Of a stretch of 64,000 bases of DNA, positions 13,718-26,268 are shown in pieces. The DNA lies in the NCBI RefSeq assembly GCF_963921235.1, contig NC_086109.1, positions 18,974,001-19,038,000 on the forward strand. Reading direction: 5' to 3'. The notes beneath the pieces were generated by a model. The model ran no database searches. It was not told the origin of the DNA and was given only the letters and a program-made list of their open reading frames with translations. Both the position numbers and the translations under genes were made by a program. This stretch comes from Mobula hypostoma (taxonomy: Eukaryota). Within the stretch, counting starts at the first letter, position 1. The number at the start of each line of letters is the position of its first letter.

Positions 13718-14390
13718 TTTTTTTTAGATTATGAGGACACGTAGTTCTCTTTTATTGTCACTTAGTAATGCATGCATTAAGAAATGATACAATGTTCCTT
13801 CAGTATGATATCACAGAAACACAAGGCAAACCGTCTAAAAAAAACTGACAAAAACCACATAATTATAACATATAGTTACAACAGTGCAAAGCAATACCGT
13901 AATTTGATAAAGAACAGACCATGGGCACGGTTAAAAAAAAAAGTCTCAAAAGTCTCTCAAAAGTCCCATCATCTCACGCAGATGGTAAAAGGAAGAAAAA
14001 CTCTCCCTGCCATGAACCTCCAACACTGCCAACTTGCCGATGCAGCACCCTGAAAGCACCCGACCACAGCCGACTTATGAGTCCGTCCGAAAACTTCGAG
14101 CCTCCGACACCGAGCACCGAGCACCATCTCTGCCGAGGGCTTCAACCCCGGCCCCGGCAACAGGCAATAGGCAAAGCCAAAGATTTGGGGCCTTCGTCTC
14201 CGAAGATTCTCAATTGCACAATAGCAGCGGCAGTGAAGCAGGCATTTCAGAAGTTTCTCCAGATGTTCCCCCGTGCTTCTCACGTCTGTCCCCATCAAAT
14301 CAGGATTGTGCATGGTATCTACCTAACAAATACGATATCATTTCGGAGCAGCCGCGTGCGCTGCATCGCACCGCCATCTTCTCCTCCCCT
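13718..14390 (-). mobile_element. Young CpG-rich non-autonomous non-LTR element
   Basis: Minus strand begins ggaggagaagatggcgg and ends gacaataaaagagaact...ctaaaaaaaaa (poly-A). No credible ORF. Confidence 0.6.
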
Positions 14391-14419
14391 CCTTTCCTCT
14401 TCACCTGAAAGCCATTCAA

Positions 14420-14870
14420 AATTAGAATCAGAATCAGGTTTAATATCATTCATTGACATATTTCTTGAACTTTGTTGCGGAAGAGAGCAAAAATGCTGAG
14501 GTGGTGATCATTGTCCATTTATAAATCTGAAAAGGGGAAAAGGCTCTTCCTAAAATGTTGAGTGTGTGTGTTTCTTCAGGCTCCAGTACCTCCTCTCTCA
14601 TGGCAGTAATCAGAAGGCAGCATGACTTTTTGGGTGAAGAGGAGGGATTCTTAATGACGGATGGTGCCTTTTCTGAGGCATCGCTCTTTGAAGACGTCCT
14701 TGATGCTGGGGAGGTGAGAGCCCACGATGGAGCTGACTGAGTTTGCAAACCCCCCTGCAGCTTTTTCCAATCATGTGCAGTGGCCCCTCCATACCAGACG
14801 GTGATGCAACCAGTCAGGATGCTCTCCACTGTACCTCTGTAGAAATTTGTCAGAGTCTCTGCTGACATGC
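14420..14870 (-). mobile_element. Rex/Babar-like 3' fragment
   Basis: ORF 14446-14901 contains TLTNFYRGTVESILTGCITVWYG, followed by a (gattct)n tail. Confidence 0.8.
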
Positions 14871-15547
14871 TCACAAATCCTTCTGGTTTCTCTTCTACCA
14901 TGATTTTATCTCATTTTGAGGGCCATGCTGGCACCAACTATTTTTGACTGCTAAGTGATCCATTAGAACCATAATAACATTATTCTTGTCGCTACAAGAT
15001 GATCAGAGTACTTTATCTGTTAATTTCTTATTTCTTCTGGTCATGTTTCCTGCCCCATTTGGCTCAATTGAATATAACCTGATAGACAGAAAGGGTGTCT
15101 AGTCTGGTTAATCAGTAGACCCTGACCATGTGGGCTGGATAGCAGGATGGGGCTGCAGGTCCCAGTCTTTATGTTGCTTTATTGATATCACCTAGTTAGG
15201 TGAACTTTAAGCTGACCACTTGTCCCTTGAGCTGCTGGCCTGTGCTTGGTGGTGGATTGCACTTCCCTGACTGGATATTTGGCAGTTCATTTTCAAAGGA
15301 CCCTCAAACTTTGAGATCAGGTTCATCACTTTCTCCTTAATTTTAATTCTTCTATCTTTCCTCCAGTGGCCCAGCATATTCACATCCTTCTGGCCATTCA
15401 TGTTCTCATTTCAGGTATTCCCAGGAAAATTGGAACACAGCCAACAGTCCCAGCACTCAGAAGGTGACTAATTTTCAAGCGGGGGGTGGTGTGGATGAGG
15501 TTGTACAAATGTCTATACTGTACCATTGTAGTCTCTTATCTTCCTGT

Positions 15548-15933
15548 GTCGTCGTCATCATTGTGTGCTGTGTCACATGGAGTAGACGATCATGGTTTCA
15601 TGACCATGATTGTTCTTGGCAAATTTTTCTGCAGAAGTCGTTTCCATTTCATTCTTTTGGCCAGTGTCTTTACAAGACGGGTGACCCTAGCCATTATCAA
15701 TACACTTCAGAGATTGTCTGGTGCCAGTGGTCGCATAACCAGGACTTGTGATATGCACCAGCCACTTAAGTGACATCCATCACCTGCTCCCATAGCTTCA
15801 TGTGCCCCTGATTGTGGGTGTCGGGGGGGCTAAGCAGATACTACACCTTGCTCAAGGGTGACCTGCAGGTTAGCGGAGGGAAGGGGTGCCTTACACCTCC
15901 TTTGGTAGAGATGAATCTCCACCCTGCCACCAA
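15548..15933 (-). mobile_element. Short RTE/BovB-tailed non-autonomous retroelement
   Basis: TSD atcttcctgt / atctccctgt (15538-15547 and 15934-15943). A second copy is at 58276-58656 and a truncated copy at 16780-16858. The tail ggcaatggcaaaccacttc (clearest in the 58276 copy) resembles BovB/Sauria-SINE tails. Confidence 0.75.
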
Positions 15934-16509
15934 ATCTCCCTGTAAAGGGGAGATGTAAAAGTATAAAGGACTTTTACCTTTGGGACTTTCAGTACCCTCT
16001 GGAGGATATCATTAGCAGTATTCAATATTTCATACGCAGTCCCAGTCGGGTACCGATTCCACTGCCTGACTTTGAACCTTCACCGTTACAAATGTGCCTG
16101 GAAGAACCTGTGTGACAGTGATTTCCATGATTGCTCTGCAGATAGATTCTGAACCTCACAGGCTTGCTGCTTGTGTTCCAGCAAGACTTTGGGGCATTAA
16201 TAATCAGATGCCAACTGAAGGTCAGAAGGTTATCCACACTCACCCCTTCACTCCAGAACATTAGGTTTCCTTGTGTGGTGGGAAGAAGCCTTTACACATC
16301 TGTGTGGTACTTAAGGAGCTCAATCAATGTCACCCTTATTCCCCCTTCATTACTCCCTGTATGTGAGGTAGTTGTTCTGTTGTAATTACTGTGGGACTTT
16401 AATCCTCCCTGAGCTTAATCTCTAAAATGCTTTGTGCTGTCTCATTAAAATGAAACATGCTAAATAGTTCCCTTGTGTTTGCTACATTTTCCCTCTTTGT
16501 TACAACACA

Positions 16510-17835
16510 GACCATAGATAATTGAAGAGTATAGTACAGGGCCTTCAGCCCACGATGTAGTGATGACCTGTATGAAGCTCCTGCACAATCAATCTAACCC
16601 TTCTCACCTACACAGCCTATAACCCTCCATTTTTCTTACATCTGTTTGCCTATCTAAGGAAGTCAGAAATGTCCCCATTGCATCAGTTTCTCCCACCATC
16701 CCCGGCAGTGCATTCCAGACAACTATCGTTCGCTGTGTTAAAATAAAACCTAACTCTGACAGCTCCCTTAAACTTTCATCTCATCATCATTATGTGCTGT
16801 GTTGTACAACATGGGCATTCATGGTCTCCATGACTGTGATTATTCTTGGCAAAAAAAAGACTTTCATCTACTCATCATAAAAGGATATCTGTTGCAAGGA
16901 GCGAATGAAGCAAACCCAAATGCAGGACACAGGCATGGAGATTGAGTTAGGATGCTTACATGGATGTGAACAGCTAACAGGAAGGACCTTGACACGGAGC
17001 CTTGACACAGAGAGACGGGGTTTCATAGGGAAACCCTGAAACTGGAGCAAAACGGTTCTAAGCGGCCGGAAAAATTTAATCACCACACAGGCAACACCAA
17101 CGATCTGGCGACTAGTGGTTGTAACGCTGGGGTTCTTATGCTACAGATCTTGATGGAAACCAGGTGTGCCGTCATCAGAGAGAATTAGAAGCAAATGAGA
17201 AATTAACGGTCGGAACCGTGGTACAATCAAAGGAAATGAGGAGCAAGATAGGGAATTAACGATCAGGCCTGTGACAATATCTTCAGATATTGACCATTGC
17301 TGCCCAGGGAAAAAAGAGATTGTCTGTCCACTCTATGCCTTTCATGTTCTTATACACATCTACCAAGTTGCCCCTCATCCTCCTTCACTCCAAAGAGAAA
17401 AGCCCTAACTTGCTCAACCTTTCCTCATGATACATGTTTCTAATTCAGGCAGCATCTGGGTAAATCTCCTCTGTGCGCTCTCTAAAGCTTCAACATCCTT
17501 CCTAGAATGAGGCGATCAGAAATACACAATTATTCAACTGTGATCTAACCAGAATTTTATAAAGATAAAATATTATCCAATGGCTCTTGAACTCAACCCC
17601 CTGATTAATGAAGGGCAACACAACATTTGCGTTCTATCAAATTTTGCAGCAACTTTGAGCGAACTATAGATTTAGACTTCAAAAGTCCTCTGTTCCACTA
17701 CATTTCTAAGGATCATATCATTAGCTTTGTACTCTGCCTTCAGGTCCAATGTTGCAAAGTGTATCATTTCACATCTTTCTGGATTAAATTCCATCTGTCA
17801 CTTCTCTGCCCCTCTCTGTGTCTTATCTATACCTT
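16510..17835 (-). mobile_element. Decayed CR1 3' fragment split by nested insertions
   Basis: CR1 3' UTR (gggccttcagcccac) and RT C-terminal remnants lie on both sides of the LTR at 16890-17276. Confidence 0.7.
16890..17276. mobile_element. Solo LTR, 387 bp
   Basis: Termini TGTTGCA...TGTGACA with a perfect 5-bp TSD ATATC (16885-16889 and 17277-17281). Confidence 0.8.
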
Positions 17836-18049
17836 ATTACCTTGTTGTCAGTAGTTTGCCTTCCAATTCTCACCCAGATAACTCTGCTCCCAGATACCTT
17901 GTACAAGATTTTGAACCCTATTTCTCCTGCAAAGTATTCCTATTTTGCAATATTCAGCCCTCCACTGAGTCTGTTGACCACCCATTCATACTAACTGGAC
18001 ATTAGTCCTATTTTCATTCTCGATATATTCTCGTTGACTCCACCGAGAT

Positions 18050-18245
18050 CCTATCTGTCACCTACATACAATGGGCAATCTACAGCAGCCAATTGACTCA
18101 CCAACCTGCATGTCTGAGGTGCGGGAAACAACCCACTCTGTTACAGGGAGAATGTGCAAACTCCACGCAAATAGCACCCGAGATCAACACTGAACCCAGC
18201 TCTTAGAGCCTGTGACTTAGAAGCTCTGCTAGCTGCACCAGGATG
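18050..18245 (-). mobile_element. V-SINE/HE1-like SINE, decayed
   Basis: cagggagaatgtgcaaactccac is the reverse complement of the V-domain core. Confidence 0.65.
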
Positions 18246-19799
18246 CCCAACTTCGACTGAATTCCATGCTGGACGACTTCACCAGCATTTTCTGGTCTTT
18301 TGTCTGACTGCTTGGGGAGATTCCAAGTGCTGTTTTGCTTTGTATTTTCCTCCCTCATGACACTTCAACTTTCTGATCTTATGATCAGTTTTACTTTGTA
18401 AAAGTGAGTGGGAGTATTTGTGCAATCATAGCTACATATTGTCCTCCAGTTTCTACAAACTCAAGTCATTCAATCCACTTTCATTTATCTCTGCATCTTT
18501 CTTTCCTCCCTCTACACTTTGTTTGTCACAGAATAATCAGGACTTTCCAATGTTCCTCCCATAACCTATAATGCAATATTGATATATTCACCTTACCAGC
18601 CAGTCTGAGTCAGCAGCTAATGATCAGCAGGCTCCTGGCTTCTTGTTAACATATTTCAGTAAAAAGTGCTGACTAAATCTTCTGCTGGATGATTCAGCTC
18701 CGGGAGTCGATGCTGGATGGCTGAAGTCCTGGTTCTGGAAGTCCATGAGTCCACAGGGGAAGTGGGAGTCCTGAAGTCTGGGAGTTTGCAAGTGGAGGCT
18801 GCGTTTGGATGACTGTGTGTGAGTTGGGGGTGGGGGGAGCGCTTTGTTTTGCTGTTGTTTTGTTGTTTTTTTTGCTCTGTTGTGTTTGTTACTGCTGCGT
18901 TGTTCTGCTGAACCCTGTGGGCATTCTATGTTGGCAATAGAATGTGTGGTGTTACTTGCAGGCTGTCCCAGCGCATCCTTCACTCATGTTGGTTTTAGTA
19001 CAAATGATGCCTTCCACTATATGTTTTGATATACCTGTGATAAATAAATGAATTTGAATCTGGATCTGAAACAGAATATTGCCCATTTACTGAAGAGCGT
19101 CTCCTTCATTATAACCCAAAGAACCGTCCACCATTCCTTCACTTGGTCAGAAATCATACCACTTCAAATAAGCTGAGGGACAACAAACTACATCATTTTG
19201 TTTGATCACATGTCTTACCCTGTAATTCAGAACGGAGTCTAGGATTTGAAATTTGTTTGCTCAACCACCAAAAGAAAAGTATGCAATGTTAGAAGTCATG
19301 TTTCTGTCCATCTTGTACATTCTATGCTTATCTTTAGGTGATATTTTCTTGTTTGCTGCTTTTCTGGAGACAAATTACATTAATTGTAGTCTTTTCTCCA
19401 TAAGATAGGGGAGAATAATTAGGTCATTGGGCCTATAGAGTTTGCTCAGCTATTCAGTCATGGCTGATTACTTTTCCAACCCCATTCTCCTATCTTCTCC
19501 CTACAAACATCAATGCCTTTATCCATTGAGAACTTATCAATCTCTGGTTTAAATACACCCAATGATGTGGCCTCCACAGCTCATGGAAACCAACCATGCC
19601 ATGGAATCTGTCTGCACATCTCACTGCCTCAGAAAAGTAGCTAATGTACTGAATGACCCCACGCACGGCAGGCATTCTATCGTTTGCCCCTTCCCATCAA
19701 GCAAACTATACAAAAGCCTAAAAATACGTATCACAAGGATCAAGGACAACTCCCCCACTCATATAAGGCTACTGAATGGTTACTTAGTGATAAGATGGG

Positions 19800-21145
19800 C
19801 CTCTTATGCCAAGATGAGGCCACTCTCAGGATCCATTTCTGACTGCTGTCTGCCCTTTCTCGATCTCTCTGGAGACCAACTGTCTACCGATTCCTACAGC
19901 TATCCTGACAACACCTCTTCCCACCCTGTCTCCTGTAAAAATACCATCACCATTTCTCAGTTTCTTCATCTCCGCCACATCTGTTCCCAGGATGAGGCTT
20001 TCCTTTCCAGGATATCAGAGATGTCTTTCTTCAAAAAATAGGGTTTCCCTTCCTCCATCACTGATACTGTCCTTACCCACATCATCTTCATTTCTTGGAC
20101 ACCTGTCCTCATCCCAGCTTCCCACTGCCTTAACCGTGATAGAGTTTCACTTGTCCTCCCTTACTGCCTCATGAGCCTCCACATCCAACACATCATTCTC
20201 CGCAACGTTCACCATCTTCAACAAAACCTTACCACCAAACACATCTTCTACATCCCTCCACCACACTCCACTTTCCACAGGGATTGCTTCCTCCAGGATT
20301 CCCTTGTCCATTTGTCCCTCCCCTCTAATCTCCCTCCCAGCACTTAGCCCTGTAGGTGGCCGAAGTGCTACTTCAGTTCAGTCACCTTCCCCGTCATCTC
20401 CATTCAGGGCCCAAAACAGTCCTTGTGGGTGAGACAACACTTCACCTGTGAATCTGTTGGTGTTGTCCACCGTATCCAGTGTTTCTGATGTGGACTCCTC
20501 TATATCGGTGAGACTCGTCGTAGGTTGGGGACCACTTCGTTGAGCACCTCTGTTCCATCCACAAAAAGCGGAATCCCACAGTCGCCAGTCATTTTAATTC
20601 CTATCTCCATTTCCGTTCCGACATGTCAGTCCAAGGCCTCCTCATCTGCCGTAACAAAGCCACTCTTAGGTTGGAGGAGCAACACCTCATATTCCTTCTA
20701 GGTGACTTCCATCCTGATGTCATGAACGTTGAATTCTCCGAATTCCGTTGATTTTTTTTTCTCCTCCCCCTTCTCTCTGGCTCTTACCTCTTCCCTTCAC
20801 CTTCCTATCACCTCCCTATAATGCTCCTCCTCCTTCGCTTTCTCACATGGTCTGATCAGATCCCTTCTCCTCTAGCCCTTTGCCTTTTCCACCTATCACC
20901 TCACAGCTTCTTACTTCATCCCCCTCCCCCACACCCAGCTGGCTTCACCTGCCCCCTTCTAGCTTGACCTGCTTCCCCTTCCACCACCACCTTATTCCGG
21001 CATCTTCCCACTTCATTTCCGGTCCTGATGAAAGGGCTCGGCCCAAAACGTCGACTGTTTATTTATTTCCATAGCTGCTGAGTTCCTCCAGCATTGAATG
21101 TGCAATTGCTCTGGATTTCCAGCTGCAGGATCTCTTGTGTTTATG
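19800..21145 (+). mobile_element. Penelope-like element 3' part: RT C-terminus, GIY-YIG endonuclease, pseudo-LTR with hammerhead motif
   Basis: Contains LPFLDL and SSHPVSCKNTITISQFLHLRHICS. At 20447-20550 it reads CESVGVV..IQC..CGLLYIGETRRRL (GIY-YIG). A pyrimidine-rich 3' region and a ctgatga...cgtcgactg motif follow. Frameshifted. Confidence 0.88.
21021..21057 (+). ncRNA. Minimal type-I hammerhead motif, probably inactive (GAAA changed to AAAA)
   Basis: ggtc CTGATGA aagggctcggccc AAAA cgtc gactg. Confidence 0.6.
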
Positions 21146-22234
21146 ATATTCCCAGTTCCTTGTATTACTGAGCCACACGAACCAAGGCTCAACATAGTTG
21201 GTTTGAGTTGATCTCAGTTTGGGAAATTGCAGATGTTTGTGTCCAGGGATGCAATTAGTTGCAACATCACCGGGCTAAAACAATGCTTCTGGATCCTTCT
21301 TTCACATTGAGTATCCTTAGAGCTGCATTCAACACACAAATATTGGATCACAATCATTGAACTGAACGTGGGACCTTCCATTTACTCCAGGTCCCTCATG
21401 AAGGAGACCTATTGAATAAAGGAGCTTGAAAACTGCAGAACTGCTATTGTCTGAGTAGCAGGGGAGAAGGCTGGGGGAAGAAATGAACTGAGGGATTGGC
21501 TTTGCAAGTTAATAAATAACTGACGGCAGAAGAGGGAAGGTAGTGGAAGGCACATTCAGATTTCTCTGTGCATGTGCAGTTTTCATAAATATGCTAATTT
21601 TGTGATTGGATAGGGAAAAGCTTTCGGAGCAGTGGAAGTAACAAAATGGAAAGCAGCAAGAAACTATTCCAGAGTAACCGTGTTACCCGATCAAACAATG
21701 AACTTCCTCCTTCCACACTGACTGCAAGTGATAACAATCGCAGTACAAATCTGACAGCAAGCATTTAATACGTAATTTAAACTGATTCATGAGTTCATCC
21801 TGGCAAGTGTACTATTTGACTAAGCAGTGACAAAAACATAAGCTAGATAGAAGACAGCAGCATTGGGAGCCAAATAATTTAGTGCTGCATCAGAGTGGTG
21901 AGATGCCTTGGAGAATTATGTTTGATTTTGCTTTTTAACATGTTGTGAAAGAATCAATAAAATGCATTTTGTATGGCTGAGGCGTCAAATTCAGGAATAA
22001 TGCAATTGGAGTAAGCCTGCCTTGTAAGATATGAAGAATCAAAAGACAACCAGACACAGAGTTTGTCGAGGATGGCGTGAGGTTTCGCCATTACTTGAGT
22101 GGTACAATATGGAAGACGATATAAATTTTCGTTTGAAGTCTACTTGGAGATTTTAAAGGTAGACAAGATTATAAGAAGCTTTATCTCTTTAATTTTTTAT
22201 GATTAGGAATTGTTTATGTGATATACTAAACTAT

Positions 22235-22693
22235 AGGTTGGTGGTATGTACACGTTATTTAGCACATTCTTCTGCACAACAGTGACTACCCCTCAGGAAG
22301 TGCTTTATTCAATATAAAGCACCTTAAAAATGAAGATTTAAAGATTAGCTTTTATGTGTTAAATATATATTGCATCATACATTAAGCTGCATTGTTTGGT
22401 GCCAATGACCAACACAGTCTGACAATTGTGCTGGGGCAGACTGCAATTGACACCATGTTTCTGATGTCAACCTTAACCTGTACATTTCTGGAATTTAGGA
22501 GAAAACTAAAGCACCCAGAGGAAACCCACGTGGACACGGGGAGAATAATATGTAAATATATTTTATTATTCTGTAAATTTAATGTAAATTTACATCTATA
22601 ATATGTAAATTCCTTACAGACAGAGGTGGGAATTGAATCCCGATCTTCCAATCACCATCGCTGTAAAGCATGATGCTAACCACTGTGCTACTG
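22235..22693 (-). mobile_element. V-SINE/HE1-like SINE with a ~100-bp 3' extension
   Basis: Minus strand shows tagcacagtggttagc (A box), ggattcaattccc (B box), the V core and the tail aaagctaatctttaaatct. The extension is shared with 42352-42450. Confidence 0.8.
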
Positions 22694-23133
22694 AGCCTCA
22701 AAGGGAGCTCTGCTTTCAGGACTTCTCTTTGGAGGTGGCTTTGAGTGAAGTACTCACTTGAGTGTTGTAGTAAATACACTGTTCTTTGGAACTGTGTAAT
22801 GAACAGAACGCTCATTAAATTATACCAAGGTCATGAGCCTGGGAGAACTAAGACTTAGTAGAATAATTTCTGAAGTGGCAAGATGTCATCAAAGTTATCA
22901 GTTGCCACAAGGAAGAGTTCCTCCTTTTCCAATCCCATACCACACCCTAGGAAGGACCTATGAGCAGTCAGGCACCTTGTCCAATTTGTTCACTCCTTTC
23001 TCAAGTTGTCCCCAACAATTACATTCATGAACTCCATTAAAACTTATTGGAGGGCCTGAAAGTGTGAAAGCACTCTATGCTTCTAACAGCACTTCAGCAC
23101 AATTGTCCATCAGCTGCTTTGTGAAATGGTTCA

Positions 23134-24360
23134 TAGAACATAGAACATAGAAAACCTACAGCACAATACAGGCCCTTTGGCCCACAAAGTTGTGCCGAAC
23201 ATATCCCTACCTTAGAATTTACGAGGCTTATCCATAGCCTTCTATTTTACTAAGCTCCATGTACCTATCTAAAAGTCTCTTAAAAGGCCCTATGGTATCC
23301 GCCTCCACCACCGTTGCCAGCAGCCCATTCCACGCACTGACCACTCTCTGAGTAAAAAACTTACCTCTGACATCTCCTCTGTACCTACTCCCCAGCACCT
23401 TAAACCTGTGTCCTCTTGTGGCAACTATTTCAGCCCTGGGAAAAAGCCTCTGACTATCCACATGATCAATGCCCCTCATCATCTTATACACCTCTATCAG
23501 GTCACCTCTCATCCTCTGTCGCTCCAAGGAGAAAAGGCCGAGTTCACTCGACCTATTCTCATATGGCATGCTCCCCAATCCAGGCAACATCCTTGTAAAT
23601 CTCCTCTGCACCCTTTCTATGGTTTCCACATCCTTCCTGTAGTGAGGCAACCAGAAGTGAGCACAGCACTCCAAGTGGGGTCTGACCAGAGTCCTATATA
23701 GCTGCAACATTACCTCTCAGCTCCTAAATTCAATTCCACAATTGATGAAGGCCAATACACCGAATGCCTTCTTAACCACAGAGTCAACCTGCACAGATGC
23801 TTTGAGCGTCCTATGGACTTGGCCCCCAAGATCCCTCTGATCCTCCACACTGCTAAGAGTCTTACCATTAATACTATACTCTGCCATCATATTTGACCTA
23901 CCAAAATGAACTACTTCACACTTATCTGGGTTGAAATCCATCTGCCACTTCTCAGCCCAGTTTTGCATCTTATCAATATCCCGCTGTAACCTCTGACAGC
24001 CCTCCACACTATCCACAACACCTTCAACCTTTGTGTCATCAGCAAACTTACTAACCCATCCCTCAACTTCCTCATCCAGGTCATTTATAAAAATCGCGAA
24101 GAGTAAGGGGCCCAGAACAGATCCCTCAGGCACACCACTGGTCACCAACCTCCATGCAGAATATGACTCGTCTACAACCACTCTTTGCCTTCTGTGGGCA
24201 AGCCAGTTCTGGGTCCACAAAGCAATGTCCCCTTGGATCCCATGCCTCTTTACTTTCTCAATAAGCCTTGCATGGTGTACCTTATCAAATGCTTTGCTGA
24301 AATCCATATACACTACATCTACAGTTCTTCCTTCATCAATGTGTTCAGTCACATCCTCAA
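23134..24360 (-). mobile_element. CR1 LINE, 5'-truncated (second family)
   Basis: ORFs 23717-24379 (YMDFSKAFDKV, KFADD) and 23228-23710, with an (atgttct)n tail. Confidence 0.95.
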
Positions 24361-24444
24361 AAGAGATCCATACATCCATAGATACTTTATTTTGGTAACT
24401 AGCAATTCATGCCAGCATCACTGGTACCTTTAACATGTGCAAGT

Positions 24445-24540
24445 GCAAGGTTAAATGGGAGTAGGCAGTTTAAATGGTTTGGCACAGACTGGATGGGCTG
24501 AAGGGCCTGTTTCTGTATTGTACTTTCCTATTACTCTGAC
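24445..24540 (+). mobile_element. CR1 3' UTR fragment
   Basis: ggcacagactggatgggctgaagggcctgtttctgt. Confidence 0.7.
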
Positions 24541-25724
24541 AGATAATCTCTTCCTTGGATTAAAGGACCAATGTTTGTTGCGCAGTTTTAAGAAGAACCT
24601 TTTGTCTAAAAGTGTCAGGTGAACACCCTATAGTCTGACTTAAACTTGCCATGCTCCTTCAGCAGGCTTGTACTGGATTTAAAATTGTCCAGAATTCCAC
24701 TTTGTTGAGACTTCTGATGAAGGTGTACATGTTTGATGTAGTAATGAAGATCTCACATGAATTCAACATCACATCCTTCTCAACAAGTGCAATTTGGTTT
24801 TTGTTGATCTGTTTCCCCAGTGGTCATTGATCGAACAAGCAGAAATTCACCATCCAATCTCCACAAGATTGCATAATGGGCTTGAACAGGAAAAACAAGG
24901 CAAAAAATTGTAATCCATAGCAACATTACACTGTTTTAGATTAAGTTTAGGGCTTGATTCAATTGTTTTTGCTCTAACTCAACCACTGAAGCAGGCTGAC
25001 GTTTCTCATGGGAACCATCATGATTTAATACTCCTGAGCTGACAATAGCAATGAACTGCCTCTTGTACTCTGAAACTGCATCATTGTTGCAGAAGAAAAT
25101 CATTTCTTTGCACAGGATTTAATTGAAAACTGATTCTTAAATATACGTTGATTGCCAGCCAAAACAACTCTAGTTACTGAACAATTGGAGGTAAATTTTA
25201 TTTCCGTCTGTATTTCAGTATTGGCACAAATATTAATCTCTTAATTCCCACAAAAGCAAATTGTTCCTCAGTTTTCAATTAAGATACAAGCACCATTATA
25301 CATTATGGTGAGGAGCTCCTTGGATGTGGTTTATCAGGTGATACTGTACCATGCCATGTTAGTAACCCATTCTTTTCCAAAAGGTATGTTTGATCAACAT
25401 TGTGACCTGAGGCAGACTTTGTTTAGGTCATCAGTGTAGGCTAAACGCAGCTTGGGAGAAACATGAGCAACAGTCCGGCCCTGGCCCATCTCCTTTTATC
25501 CCTACTCTCCTGTGATTTTATCTGTCCACCACACCTCCCATATATTGTGACCCTGTCTTATCAGATTCCACAGTCTGCAGCCCCTTGTTGCCTCCTCTTA
25601 TCACCACCCATTCTTCATCATTATCGCCACCCTTCCCTCCCCTGCCTGACTCCATCTGCCACTCAATCCTGCTTCATCTGGGTACACCTATCTCTTACCA
25701 GCTCCTGCCCCGCTCCTTCCCTCC

Positions 25725-26020
25725 CCACCACTGAGGACATCTTTAAAAGGTGGTGCTTCAGGAAAGTGGCGCCATCACTAAGATCACTGATATTCCTGGT
25801 TATGCGCTCTTCTCATTACTCCTGGTCAGGGAGGAGGCACAGGAGCCTGAGGACTCATACTTCACAACAGCTTCTTCCCTTCCAACATCAGATTTCTGAA
25901 CACCTACCTTGTTATTTCCCTTTATTTTGTAATTTACAGTCAGTTTGAGTCTTTTCACTGTACTGCTGCTGCAAAACAGCAGATTTCATGTCATTCAAAC
26001 CTGATTCTGATTTCTGATTT
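25725..26020 (+). mobile_element. Rex/Babar-like 3' fragment
   Basis: EDIFKRWCFRK, gggaggaggcacaggagcctga and the tail ctgattctgatttctga. Confidence 0.65.
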
Positions 26021-26130
26021 ACTACACTGTCTGATGCATTTCTTTACATTGTAACCCAACTACATTGAGAAGTGTAAATATTGTGAAATATTTGGAAGTT
26101 CTGGGAATGAAACGTACTATAGAATCCAGT

Positions 26131-26268
26131 AACACACACAAAGTGCTGGAAGAACTCAGCAGGACGAGCTATGGCAAGGAGTAAGCAGTCAATATTTCGG
26201 GCCAAGACCCCTCATCAGGACTTTATGTGTATTCCTTTGATATCCAGCATCTGCAGACTTTCTCTCGT
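26131..26268. mobile_element. 138-bp PLE pseudo-LTR-only insertion with internal inversion
   Basis: TSD ctatagaatc(c/t)agt at 26117-26130 and 26269-26282. Segment 26131-26222 is antisense and 26223-26268 is sense relative to the family consensus. Confidence 0.8.
26186..26222 (-). ncRNA. Minimal type-I hammerhead ribozyme motif, core intact
   Basis: Minus strand reads agtc CTGATGA g gggt cttg gccc GAAA tatt gactg. Stem I agtc/gact, stem II gggt/gccc, palindromic stem III AUAU, NUH triplet AUU. Confidence 0.7.

Noticed and set aside
13784..14499. Overlapping ORFs of 89-192 aa
   Set aside because: They arise from the GC-rich non-coding repeat and carry no domain motifs.
24640..24880. Protein-like minus-strand reading frames
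   Set aside because: Stops occur in all frames between plausible splice sites.
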